64,000 nucleotides of DNA from Macrostomum hystrix (taxonomy: Eukaryota > Animalia > Platyhelminthes), in contig CATNEN010000007.1 in NCBI GenBank assembly GCA_950097015.1, positions 8,246,001-8,310,000 on the forward strand, read 5' to 3'. Within the stretch, counting starts at the first letter, position 1. Each line of letters starts with the position of its first letter. This document shows, in pieces, positions 24,640 through 37,357 of the stretch. The notes under the pieces were generated by a model, which saw only the letters and a program-made list of their open reading frames with translations, searched no databases and was not told the DNA's origin. A program made the translations under genes and the position numbers.

Positions 24640-25404
24640 GCCAAGTTGAATATTCTTTTGTGAACGAGTCAGTTTTTAGGAGGGTTGGTGCTACAGTAGA
24701 AAGACTGCTATTTTTTCCCCTGGGAAAAGACCTCGGGGTATTTCGAATACCCACTTTCTACTTTACGACAGCTCCCAAACCGAATGACCGATTTTCGTAA
24801 ACGTCCACCATATGGATCAAAAGACCTGGGGTATATCTGAAATATCCCCCAGGTCTTTCTGTTGAAGAAGATTTTAGCCCATGGTGCCAGAAGACCAGAG
24901 CCTGCCCAAAGGCAATTATTGCATATCGTCATATCGTTTCATTTTTTTACTTTTAATCTTTAGATAGTCAAATGTTTTCTGTTCTTATAGTTTCTTAACG
25001 AATTGAGTCCGTTACTTTTTGGTCAATGAGTTTTCTTAAGTATAGTGTGAGCATTGCTACCCTTGCATTTTAGGTAGATTCCGGTTTTGCTTGTTTCCCC
25101 CCCCTGTTAGCTTTCTTGGGCCCAGCTTTGTCCTGCGGGACATTGTCCTGTTGCTTGACCCTGATGTTGCTTCTTGTCATTAGTAAAGTTTATATTTTGT
25201 TCTCGACAAACTAGTGTCTTAGCTATTTTATTATCATTGCGCTGACATACACAAAATAAATCAGTCTATTTACTCATAATAATCTCATTGTGCAGCGAAG
25301 TGCCATGTTTTCTTGATCAACGACAATTCTGGAATTGGGTACATAAAGAATGGCCTTTTTAGAAAGCTTTTATTTAAAAACGCTACTTTTAGTAGTAACT
25401 TGGG

Positions 25405-25640
25405 CATCACCGTATCACAGCATGACAGTATCACCGTATCACAGCATGACAGTATCACCATATCACCGCTACACAATGTCACCGTATCACAATAATACCA
25501 TACCACGTACGGTGCAACAATAATGTATTAATACTGTATCATGGTATCGCCGCGTCACTGTATCCCGGTATCAACGTTTCACTGTATCAGGTTATCACGG
25601 TATCACCGCAACACAATATCACTGTATCACCATGTCACAA
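25405..25640. repeat. Degenerate GTATCAC-rich tandem repeat
   Basis: Repeated GTATCACCGTATCAC units. Confidence 0.7.
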
Positions 25641-28020
25641 ACAAGCCCGCATTTTTGGCTGGTTCTGCAGCGTTCTTTTGCTCCTAAGCTGGTTAGAAAG
25701 CTTTTTGGGAGTGACTTTCTCTCCCGGGTGTTCGTTGTCTTTAATCAACCGAGCTAGCTTTCCACATTGTTCTCAGGGGTAATACCTTCTAAGTGGACTT
25801 TCACAGTTCTTACTTATACAATGTCTCAATTTAAAATGAATTTACATTTTTTAGGTAGAAGCGTATGACGCCAGCAAAACTACGACTTACACAGCAGCTC
25901 TTGCAGATTGTGCATGCCAAGTCACTGTCAGGCCTAAAATTTCGGTTCCACGTCTAAATGCACTTCTAGCTGTGCCCTGTTAGCATTAGATTAGTATCTA
26001 CTAGTGCTGTAGTTACATAAACTGTGGCCTCTAGCACAGACCACTGTGACCCCGCAGACAGCCCGCCTACCTTGAAATTCGTTCAAGCGCACGTGTGACG
26101 TGCGGCAGGTAGCTAATACTCGTAGCTACTCAGCTTTTTGTTACTTAACTCTGGTGAATAAACGGCATACAAATGTCCAACTCATACAGCGTGTGACAGA
26201 ACAGAACAAGAGCCTACAAGCTGCAGGCTCTCATCGAGGGTTCGTGACCGCAGAAACAATACCCCCGAGTTTCTATTTAATACGAAACTGATGTGACCAA
26301 AGGAAAAGCTTCGTCGTGGGTTATCAACAACTGGATCTCACAGCTGCTACCGAGCTAGCACTTTATTTAGTCAGTCAAGCCTCGAGCATAAAGAGAGCTC
26401 TAGAACACATTAACGGCGCGCACACAGGAACGACTGCTGGGAATGAGACAGAATAAGACAGACATAAGTGTGGACTTGAAATAAGAAATGGGAGAGGCTC
26501 TGCCAAACCATCGAAGAAAGACAATAATATGTAGTACAAAACGGTTATGGGACGAAGCTTGTGTACATTTCCAAATGCACAACAGAAACAATTAAGATCT
26601 ACGAGTTCGAGACTTAACAGACTTATTTGGACTTTAGCCGCGGCAACTAGAAAATGCGCTAGACTTATGGGAAACCCATCTGTGCTGCAGTCTATAGACT
26701 GCTAACTTTCGCAGAAATACTTGAGCACAAAATTCCCGCGAAGAGTACAGAGCGAGCTGGAGTATGGACTGACCCGGCAAATCGAGCTTGGATATCGAGC
26801 GGACGGACACAAGACTGACTGGCTGGCGGATCGAGTGCTCATTTGCATGCAGCTCCGTTTTCTTTTTTGATATCTGAAGCCGAGATGCGGGATCGAAAAA
26901 GCATCCAATAAACCGCACGGAAAAGCTAGGCAAACGGGTAAACTGAGAGCGCAGGCGGTAGAAGCTTGTTTAGCCAAACTGTTTGATGAGCAAGAAATCC
27001 GAATTGATTATTGACGTGTCACGAAAGTCCGCAGAGCTCTCAAAAATATGATATTCTGCATGTCTAATGAGCTGATCAGCGAGTCAGCCTCGAGAAGAAG
27101 CATTAAAAGTACAAAGTGTACGTGAACACGCCCTCTTATGTGGACAGTTTTAATTATATACTAATTTTGCTTCTTAAGGGCGTTGATCACAAGGTCAAAT
27201 TACAAATATTGACCAGACAAGAAAAGAATCAGAAATAAGCATTAAGTTGTATTTATGAATTCTAGAATTTAGTCTGTCGTCAGCTTGATAATGGACTAGC
27301 GACAACGGCCCCGCCACAATGCAAAAAATAATTGGAAAGGCCGAATTCCCACCCATCAGGCCAACCGCCTACGGCCATGGAAAAGTCAATTTTCTATGAA
27401 AGCAGCTCTGCACTGCCTGCCAATGCCTCTCTCCCCTGTTCTGGGTACGCATTGCTAAGCCTTCAGTCCGCTTAGCAGGCACTTCATCACGCACAGCCTG
27501 CATAGCCGGAATAAAGTAGGTCAAATAAAGTGCACAAATCGCATATAGTGTTCTGGCCCGCCTGCAGGCTGTCAGTCTCGGCTAGAAGCTGCAACCATGG
27601 CGACACAAGTTTGGGAGTTTAAGCTTGTGGGGTACAGTTCGGGAATCTGACCCGAGAGCTTGAAGCAGGATTAATCGGAGTATTTCCGCATGAGTCGATA
27701 GGAGAAAATACCATTTGCGAAACTCGTGGTTACGAGTAACATAGAGGGGAAAATGTTTATAAGGAAGTTTGTGAAATTCAGGAAAGGACAGGTAATCAAT
27801 GATTTATTTAGCAGGAGTGTACCTGTATCTAAATTAATAGCACCGAATGGTCTTTGATCCTAGAAAAATGGGTCAAAATCGAATAGATAATCGCTAACAG
27901 GCCATGATTATTGCCAAGAGGGGCTGCACTATTAATTATTATGCACGGATGTACTCAGGATTTGTTATTGTGAATGTAATGACTGTGTTAGGACGGACAC
28001 ACGAGTGGACTACGAGTGGA

Positions 28021-29672
28021 TCAAAGCTTCCTGGCGTTTGGCTCCGTCTCCCTGGCAACGCTGATGATAAAGTCGGCCCACTTCGCCGGCGCCTCCATCA
28101 TGAGGAAGTGGCCAACGCCGGTAAGAAAGTGCAGCCGGCACTGCGCCAGGTGGCGGCTGTGCAGCGCGCGCGGAATCGCCTGCGGGCTGACGGCGTCGGA
28201 GTCGCCCCAGAGCAGACGGCAGGGCAGCCGCAGGGTGCTCAGAGCGTCCAGCCAGCGCTGCTCAAAAAGAAACCGGTCGTCCAGGTAGCGGATGGTTCGG
28301 TGCAGGTTCCAGGCGGCGCCAAACTCCCGGTTGAGGTCCAGCATGTCGGCGATGTCGGCATTCCGTTCGGCCACGTCGGCGCCAGGGCCCCAGATGGAGC
28401 GCAGCTGTTGCTGGGCGAGGCCGGGTGGCTGATAGCCGCTGGCGCCCAGCCAGGCCAGGGCGGGGCCGAGCAGCGGCAGGCGGAGGAGGCGCTGGCTGAT
28501 GCGCAGGCTGGCCAGGCCGATGATCATGCCGCCGTTGGTGAAGGTGACGGACTGGAAGAAGCCGTCCTGGAAGCGGTCGGGCAGCAGGCCGCGCGAGTGC
28601 CGGGTGAGAATCTCAGCCAGCACTGAGTCGCCCATGTCGTGAGCGACCACGTGGCACCTGGCAATTGGCGGGTCCCGAACTGATGCAAATTCTCCTATAT
28701 AAGATTGCAACTTTCCTTGGGGGTGAGTGGCAGAGTTTGCCTCCCGCACCAAGGTCCCTGAGCTCGATTCCGCGGCGAGCCCGCATTCATTTTAGCGCAG
28801 CCCCGGAAAGAAGGCCTGCAGGCTTTTCGCGCAATTTACGCACTTAAGGGTCAGCCTCAAAGGCACAGTGAGAGTGTACACTGCCTGGCGATGAGAAAGT
28901 CAGGGCAGATTTACACCTGAGTGGACGGAATGGCCTCCTCGCTGGCTGCGCGTCTACTTTCACCAAATGTACCTTTGCCCGCAGCCCTCCTGCAATCACA
29001 ATTCTTATTACAACTGTCCTGCTGGAGTTCAACTTTCTGTTTCCATCCGAATTACAACTTTCTTTCTGGACTGCAGCTTTCCCATCTGGATTGAAACTAT
29101 ATTCAGTCCTGATTACAATATTTATTTTAATCTGCCGCATAAATTATTCAGTCGGCTTGCGAGCTTCCGACAGAATTGTAACTTTAACTCAAGGAAACTC
29201 CATTTCTCAAGCCGACTCACTTCTTAACATCGAGCGCCGTCCATACAGACAGGGTGACATCGGCGTGGTCCTGTATAGAGTAGGAGTAGTTGCTAGGCAA
29301 CTGGTCTGAGAAGCCGAAACCGACGTGGTCGAACATGACCACCCGATGGAAGCCGGTCAGCAGCCGCGGCAGCGCCTTACGATAATCGAAGCTGGACGAG
29401 GGAAAGCCGTGGATGAGGCACAGCTGCCTGGCGTCGGGTCCGCCCGGATCGCCGGAATAGTTCGGCCTGTCCACCACCACGGAGAACACCCGGTAGCCTG
29501 AGAGCAGCTCCAGCATGCGGCCCGCCGAGTGCCACTGCTGCAGCGCTGGGGACAGGCTGGCCAGGTCGGCTGAGGGCCGCTCTGGCGGCTCCGGGACGTT
29601 CAGCAGCAGGCCAAGAGCCAGGGCCACGATAGCGATGAGTAAGGTGACGAGCCAGCGAAAATAACCTGACAT
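28021..29672 (-). CDS. MEST: MEST-like (mesoderm-specific transcript) alpha/beta hydrolase of the epoxide-hydrolase family; exons 29672-29221, 28657-28021
   Basis: N-terminal hydrophobic anchor; IHGFPSSSFDY oxyanion motif, DHVGFGFSD, YSIQDHAD, nucleophile elbow AHDMGDSV, TNGG, LLWGDSDAVS, VGHFLMME; AA|GTGAGT...GCCAG|G junction. Confidence 0.88.
28719..29010 (+). mobile_element. SINE family A copy in the MEST intron
   Basis: GAGTGGCAGAG...GTCCCTGAGCTCGATTCCGCGGCGAG...GATGAGAAAGTCAGGGCAGAT...GCAGCCCTCCTGCAAT. Confidence 0.8.
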
Positions 29673-29698
29673 GGCTGCGGGTCTGAGGCGAGGTGGGT

Positions 29699-30006
29699 CT
29701 GACACCCTCTGACCAAGTGAGAGACGGTGGGGTGGATGCGGCCTGACACCCTCTGACCAACTGAGAGACGGTGGGGTAGATGCGGCCTGACACCCTCTGA
29801 CCAACTGAGAGACGGTGGGGTAGATGCGGCCTGACACCCTCTGACCAACTGAGAGACGATGGGGTAGATGCGGCCTAACACCCTCTGACCAACTGAGAGA
29901 CGGTGGGGTGGATGTGGCCTGACGCTCTCTGACCAACTGAGAGACGGTGAGGTGGATGTGGCCTGACGCTCTCTGACCAACTGAGAGAGGGTGGGGTGGA
30001 TGCGGC
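29699..30006. repeat. 44-bp minisatellite x7 (CTGACACCCTCTGACCAACTGAGAGACGGTGGGGTAGATGCGGC) immediately upstream of the MEST ATG
   Basis: Tandem copies; followed by a ~28-bp CCAAGACTAGTT..CCCAGTTTGAGAA repeat to about 30100. Confidence 0.93.
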
Positions 30007-30749
30007 CAAGACTAGTTAACCCAGTTTGAGAACCAAGACTAGTTTAACCCAGTTTGAGAACCAAGACTAGTTTTACCCACTGTGAGAACCAAGACTAGTT
30101 AGCTTAACCAAATAGGAGAATAGTTTGTTAATAAATCAAGAGAAAAATAACAAAGAGTAAAAGCAACAGGACTTTTTAATCTCCGACCGCCACGCCGACT
30201 CGTGTATTTTGCTGAGCCGCTAAAAGCAGCAACAGCAGAAATGAGGGAGGAGGAAAGCAGCAAGAATGTCTTGATCCATATGTTTAAACAGTTCGTAACA
30301 ATGTCGAAAAACACAAAGGCAGAATAGGAATCTGCTTTGATTTCCTGTAATCAATAGTCTATTGATTAAGATTATTGAATAAATCAAAACCAATAATCAT
30401 TTTCCTGTGCGACTAATTTGGCCAGCCTAATCGAGAAGAATAATTATTGAAAATCGATTTTATGGCCATCGAAGTTACAAAGATTTTCCAACACAATTCT
30501 CTAACAAACGTCGACTAAGTTGGCCCTTTCAAATACCAGCAGTGTAACAAAAATAATTCACGCAGTACAAAACAAAAACTGTTCTCTTCGTTGAAACAAA
30601 ATTAATACATTAGACCTGAACTTTAAGATATTAAGCATAAAAATTGACTTCGTGGTGTTCCTAAGGGTCTTCTAAGTGCCATTCCAGCTTAAAAGTGCTA
30701 TTTCTAGCTATAAAACAAACTTCCATACAGTAAGTTAAATAAAAAAACG

Positions 30750-31012
30750 TATCGTTACAATAACTTACGTTACAGTAACTTTCGTTATAGTTATTTCCGT
30801 GATAGTAACTTCCGCTACAATAACTTTTGTTACAATAGCTTTCGTTACAATAACTTTCGTTACAATAACTATCGTTACAGTAACTTTCGTTATTGTTATT
30901 TCCGTGATAGTAACTTCCGTTACAATAACTTTCGTTACAATAACTTTCGTTACAATAACTTTCGTTATAGTAATTTGCGTTATAGTAACTTCCGTTACAA
31001 TATCTTCCGTTA
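30750..31012. repeat. 15-bp tandem repeat (TAACTTTCGTTACAA)
   Basis: Tandem array; accounts for the NESYC and TKVIV pseudo-ORFs. Confidence 0.9.
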
Positions 31013-32274
31013 GTCGGTACAATACTTTTAAAAGCTGAACAATGCCACACTTTCTAAACAAGCACGATAACTCTTTATCGATCCAAAAGGAAAAAATTTA
31101 ACTGTAATGCCTTTTTCACAAAAAACTGGTTGAAGAGATCGGATAAAAAGCCAAAAACAAACAGAAAAAAACTGTAGAACGAAAAACAACAGACGGCAGT
31201 TGTTGGATGCGGAAGCGGTAGCCAATACAACTGAATCATAGCCACTGTCCTGCATGCGATCGCGCATCACGGTTTGAAAGTCCGAACGAATCAAAAAGTC
31301 GAAAAGTACTTCCATTGGGAAAAACACACAAATAATTGTGTAAAAATATGTAATGCCCTGACACACAAATAGTCGAAAAGCGAAGTGAACAAAAGTTTGT
31401 ATAAATTTATTAAATGACCGATAGAGATACTATGAGTAAAACTGATATTAATAGGTACTAGAGAATAGGTGGTGCGTGGCGGCAGCGGTGGCAGAGGCTT
31501 CGGCTAGCAGCTCTGATTTCCGTATAAGCATAGCCTTAGAGTAACACAGGTTAGGCCACAGGTTAGGCCATAGACATAAGAAATATCTGGCCACTTACCA
31601 AAGGCTTACTGGCCCCACAAGCCGCTGGCAGTTTAGAAAGACGATAAAAAATCTATTTAAAAAATAGGCTTAAGAATAATAAATTAGCAATGCAAAATTG
31701 AATGCGGGTGCGACACTACAGGGAGTTGTGGACAGTTTGCTGTAGCAAGTGCTATAACTGCTCTGAATATTGATTGGAAAGATAATCCAGAGACACTACA
31801 ACACTGGGTCCAGTGATCATTCAAACTAAAAATATAGAAAATACAAAACAAGCAGCAAAAAATCGAAGAAATTATTCACCTCAGAATGAAATATTTCGCT
31901 TTATTATATTCGAAAATGAACTAGAAAAACTAAAAAAGTAATTGGCTAAAATAATTTAAACTGGTTAATAAGCGAGTCACAAGAGCAGCTTAGCAATATT
32001 GCTTAAAGTGCATGACGGCCAAGCGCCACAGCTTCCGCCGGCTGCGAGACGACAGCCAGAGCAACACTGGGCGAGGGCAGCAGCGACGGTGAGGGGAGGC
32101 GGCGTAGGCGAGGGCGGCGGCGGATTTCGGGTGCACGAGCTGCAGACGGCGGCGAGTCAACTGGCTGCAGCGGGAGCAGCGGCGCACGCAGCTCAGGCGG
32201 GCTGCAGCGCAGCAGTCAGAGCTGAGGGGTGGAGCAGTTGGGAGCGGGGGCCCAGCCACTCCACCCCCGAGTCC

Positions 32275-35200
32275 CTAAAAGTATGGCCCCTCGCCCTGGC
32301 ACCAGACGTCGCGAGCGTCCGGTTCGCGCGGCTCGCCAGCGTCGGCGTCGGTCTCGGCGCAGCCATTGCTGCGGTGTCTCTGGAAGCGCGCGAAGGTGGC
32401 GCTCTGGTTGCAGAACATGGAGAACTGGAACTCGCACCGGTCATAGCCCGGCGCCAGGCCGGCGCCCTTCAACTGGCCGTGAACATCCGCGTGGCTGCTC
32501 TGCAACGGCGGGGGAAACTGTTCTTTAGTGATAGCGGCTGAGTGCGACTGAAACTACAGTAACTGGGCTGAAGGGATTCAACTGAAGTCATTCAACTGAA
32601 GTCATTCAACTGAAGTCATTCAACTGAAGTCATTCAACTGAAGTCATTCAACTGAAGTCATTCAACTGAAGCGATGGAGCTGAAGAGATTGAGCTGAAGT
32701 GATTCAACTAAATCGGCAGAACTCGAAGCAACAAAACCTGAAACTGCGGCAAATGAAGCTCAAGCGAGCCGCCAATAGTTGGTAAACAAGCCAGCGACTC
32801 ACCTCTCCACTGATTAGGGTGATAATGAAGCGACTTGGCCGGAAAATATTCACCACCTTGGCGACGAGGTCGGCCGCGTTGTCGCAATGGTCAGTCTCAA
32901 AGCTGGCATAGGAGGCGCACTTCTCTGGTGTCACGTGGACAGTGAAGTAGTGGCGCTGCGGTGCATTGTGGGTGGGGTTGGCGCAAGATGCAGAGCACCA
33001 CACTGACCTGAGTAATGTCTAAAAATAACTGCTGCACAGAATCGCTGGTAATTTTAAGAAAATAATGGCTGACAATTTAAAAGCAATTGCCATCAGGCCC
33101 TCACAAGTTGAGAAAATAGTGCAGTATTGTTGATGCAGATGCACTGCCAGTTTGCGCTAGCCCTAAAACCATTGACAAGCGGCCTGAACAGAACACTCCT
33201 TTAGACAGTACTCAAAGTCCAGGTTGAGTAGACAATGGAGAGATAAAATGTAGTCATAAAAAGAGAGAGGGGAGAGATAAAACAACTAGAATGCATCAGG
33301 ACGCCAGGGGTTAAGACAGGCCAGAGATCGGTGAACAGGGCTGGTGACAGATGAAGCTAGGCCGAATTGGCAGACACGTAAGAGCCTAACACTTGCTTGA
33401 ACTAACACTAAAATTCTAATAATTTTGTTACTAGGGCAAAATAACTAGGGCCTGATAGCCGAGACAATGTCCTTTAAACGCAGTCCGTACCAGCGCGGGC
33501 CGTGACCGAAAGATAAAGTTAGTCCGCTGGCGAATGGCCTAGGCCGTGTCTAGGCTAAAGGAACCGGCTAGAACCGGATCGGCTGGTGAGAGGAAGACAG
33601 CTGGTTCTTTTAAGAACTCTTTTCGACGCGGGCAAGGCTTCAAAAAGCCGCTTGTTAAAAAACTTAGGTAAATCCCAGCTAATTAGGCACGAAATCGATC
33701 ATTATGAGATCAGCTTACCTGATCAATGATGCCATTGACTGAGTAGCCGCATGGCTCAAACAGATAGTCGTCAATCATCACACTCGCGGTGGGGCCGAAC
33801 AGGTCGGCAAAGCCGGCGGCCTGTTGTAGAAGCAAGGTGAAGAATTTTCATTTGCAAACACAATGCCACATTTAACAAAGTTAAGAGAAATGGCTGACAG
33901 ATGCTTGGGGCAGTTATTCAGTCCTCTAGTTATTTAGCCCAGTGTCGCCTAGTAATTACTTTTTGTCTATGGCCAATGTCAGCTGTTACTCCTAGGGTCA
34001 GTATCGGTTGTCCCCTAGTCAGTGTCAGTGGTCCCCTAGGGTCAGTATTGGTTGCCCCTAGGGTCAGTACTGGTTGCCCCTAGGGTCAGTATTGGTTGCC
34101 CCAAGGGTCAGTACTGGTTGCCCCTAGGGTCAGTATTGGTTGGCCCTAGGGTCATTATTGGTTGCCAATAGGGTCAGTATTGGTTGCCCCTAGGGTCAGT
34201 ATTGGTTGCCCCAAGGGTCAGTATTGGTTGCCCCTAGGGTCAGTATTGGTTGCCAATAGGGTCAGTATTGGTTGCCCCTAGGGTCAGTATTGGTTGTCCC
34301 CTAGGGTCAGTATTGGTTGCCCCCTAGGGTCAGTATTGGTTGCCCCCTAGGGTCAGTATTGGTTGTCCTCTAGTGTCAGTATTGGTTGCCCCCTAGGGTC
34401 AGTATGGTTGCCCCTAGGGTCAGTATTGGTTGTCCCCTAGGGTCAGTATTGGTTGCCCCCTAGGGTCAGTATTGGTTGCCCCCTAGTGTCAGTATTGGTT
34501 GTCCTCTAGTGTCAGTATTGATTGTCCCCTAGGGTCAGTATTGGTTGCCCCCTAGGGTCAGTATTGGTTGTCCTCTAGTGTCAGTATTGATTGTCCCCTA
34601 GGGTCAGTATTGGTTGTCCTCTAGTGTCAGTATTGGTTGTCCTCTAGTGTCAGCTGTCCGACCGACTGACTGAAAGGGCACAGAAATAAAGAAAAAGGGA
34701 AAAGCACAAAGGGAAAACCTTGGTAATGTCGGCGGCGGTCCTGTCGCCCTCTTTGAAGTAGAGCATGCGACTCTCATCAGCCAGCGAGTTCATGATCACC
34801 TGGAAAGAGAAACAGTTGAAGCTATTGGTAAATATTTGATAATGATCACCGTAGTTTATTATTAATGAGTGGGCAAAATCCAAATGTTCTCAAATAAGCA
34901 CATCTTAAATAGTGATGATTTTCCAATGACAGACGAGCATTACCAGATGCTAACTACTAAATAGCAAACTATCAGAAAACTGACCTCCAATGTGCAGTGG
35001 GATCGGCGCGAGTTGATGTGCGAGAAGCAGAACAGGTGGTAGCAATCCGAGTTGGTGCTGCCCAGGACGCGAGCCAGGCCTTTGTCAAAGTGGTTCAGCA
35101 GCGTCTCTGTCTCCCGTTTGAACTTCTGATGCATGAACGGCTGCTCCTCCGGGTTGAGAAATTTCGGGCGCGAGTAGAACACCTCCTGTCAGGTGGGCGA

Positions 35201-37303
35201 GGAAAAAATTCAATCTTCCAACAAACTAGCATATGTTGTAGCCATAGAAAAGACAGGGCAGGAGAGGATAGAACGGACAGGAAAGGGGATAGAACTAACA
35301 GGAAAAGGGATAGAACGGTCAGGAATTCGGATATGACGGACAGGAAAGGGGATAGAACGAAAAGGAAGGGGATAGAACGGACTCGAAGGGGATAGAACGG
35401 ACTGGAAAGGGGATAGAACAAACAGGAAAGGGATAGAACGGACAGAAAAGGGGATAGAAATAACAGGAAAGGGGATATAACTGACAGGAGAGGGGATAGA
35501 ACGGACAGGAAAGGGGATAGAACTAACAGGAAAGGGGATAGAACTAACAGGAAAAGGGATAGAACGGTCAGGAATTGGGATATGACGGACAGGAAAGGGG
35601 ATAGAACGAACAGGAAAGGGGATAGAACTGACAGGAGAGGGGATAGAACGATCGGTAAAGGGAATAGAACGGTCAGAAAAGGGGGGAAAACGGACAGGAA
35701 GGAATCAGGTAGGAGTGGTTGATCATCATGAAGAGAATATGAGCACGAGTCTCACAGCCACTGAGTCGAAGCCGACACTCTTTCCAAGGCCGATGAAGTC
35801 GGCGATGGCATTCAGCAGGTTTGTTTGGCCGCAGGTCTTGATGATCATCTTGTCCTCAAACAGGAAGAGGCTGCTTTCACTGAAAAAACGCAAAAAGCTG
35901 TATTTTACATTCCATACAGAAATGTATGTTCATTATTCTTAGTAATCAATTGTTTCAAAAATATTTACCTAAGCAGGTAAGCGGTCACTTGATCAGAGTG
36001 GCACTCATTCAATATGCTGCAGTTAACTTTGTCCAAGATCTTCTCAACATCGACTCTAAATTTGTGATTGGGTAAAAGCAGCTATTTTTGGCATTTTAAA
36101 GGAACAAATTTACTTGTATTCAGACGATAATAAAGTTTCACAAACATACAGAAATTAAGATTAAACAAAACATAGTTTGATCCACTTTGGATATTAAGCT
36201 ATAGAAAATTGAGCATTGATGAGCTCAGAATTAAAAAATAAAATTAAAATATTTGATATCCTAATTATCAATGTGATCAACATGTCAAAAATTATATAAT
36301 AATCCACAATTTTAGCCTATAGGCTTTAATAAACAATGATCAAAATACATTATTGAAATAAATAGCAAAGATGGCTAGTTTATTAAAATAATATAATTGT
36401 GCCATTTATAATGAATAATGAAGTACTTTATAGTTGAGTAAAAACCTTAATCACAATAAACATTTTGTCAGTTAAGTAAAACTAAGTAAGACTAATAAAA
36501 TTATGCTATTAGGATATATTAAAACCAGATAATATCTAGAAATATGAATACATAAAGGTTTGTTTACTAATACTTGTGCTAAAATTTGTTAAATAGCTAG
36601 TTACTGTATTTCATTTAATTAATTTCAATTAAATAAAATTACAACACTTGTAAATACAACATTACCTGTTTGTCTTTAATAATTCTAACAGTTGAATAGG
36701 AGGAAAAAGCTAAAATTACTATTTTTATTAGCTTCAGACTGGTTTACAATTATAATATTTGTATATTCAGAATTTTACTTTTGTGATAATCTTGGATATA
36801 AAACTGATGTATCTCTAATTACTGTTTCAATAGAACTGCAAATTTAGCAAAGGCCATAATATGAAATAGATAATAAGCATTTTACTGCGAGTTTTATAAG
36901 ATTGAGATTCACGCTTAGTAGCTTTGTATAATTTCAATGTTAAGTAAGTTAAGAGGGCCCTCTTAAATATAGGTATACAATATTGTTGATAATAAACCAT
37001 TTCATACAGATTACGAAATAGTCGGTTAGCTTAAAAACAAGACCATAATTACCTTTTAAGTCGCAACAAGTTTGTTTCCAGACGAGAATCACACTCGACT
37101 AGTTTCAACCCTGGGGTTGAAAACTGTAACTCACTGTCAGTAGTAATCTTTCCGTTTTGAATGGATTGTTGGTTGCGCCTTTGAAAAGATATTTCCAACA
37201 GCTTTTCGGCCCCTTCAAAAGGCTTATCCAGTAATGGATTCACAATCGATCCCATCTCCAAGCTCTGGTAGGAGTTTACGGTAACTTCTTTGACCCGTAC
37301 CAT
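32275..37303 (-). CDS. AMD1: S-adenosylmethionine decarboxylase proenzyme; exons 37303-37053, 36055-35969, 35879-35756, 35185-34985, 34799-34719, 33820-33719, 32955-32803, 32499-32275
   Basis: FEGAEKLLEI, AYLLSESSLF autocleavage site, IIKTCG.T, FYSR..F..P..QP..H, TLEVIM, DDYLFEPCGYSVNG, YFTVHVTPE...SYASFET, VVNIFRPSRF; GT-AG junctions are in phase; the start may be the second Met (MGSIV). Confidence 0.95.
32576..32710. repeat. 14-bp tandem repeat (CAACTGAAGTCATT) in an AMD1 intron
   Basis: About six exact copies plus degenerate copies. Confidence 0.9.
33990..34653. repeat. 23/24-bp minisatellite (CTAGGGTCAGTATTGGTTGCCCC) in an AMD1 intron
   Basis: Tandem array. Confidence 0.93.
35258..35702. 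repeat. ~21-bp purine-rich minisatellite (ACAGGAAAGGGGATAGAACGG) in an AMD1 intron
   Basis: Degenerate tandem array. Confidence 0.9.
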
Positions 37304-37357
37304 TCAGATTAGTAGCTACCGAATACATGCATCGTGCTCCCGCACTGTATTCAACAT
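37224..37357 (-). promoter_or_regulatory. Three candidate upstream ORFs in the AMD1 leader
   Basis: ATG 37357 MLNTVREHDACIR*, ATG 37332 MHVFGSY*, ATG 37328 34-codon ORF overlapping the main CDS, one in each frame. Confidence 0.45.

Noticed and set aside
26634-26977. Short ORFs between LMF2 and MEST
   Set aside because: No recognisable domain, coherent splice pattern or coding-like bias
27904-28626. 240-aa plus-strand ORF
   Set aside because: Antisense to MEST exon 2
30661-31061. Cys/Tyr-rich NESYC repeat protein
   Set aside because: Product of a 15-bp tandem repeat open in several frames
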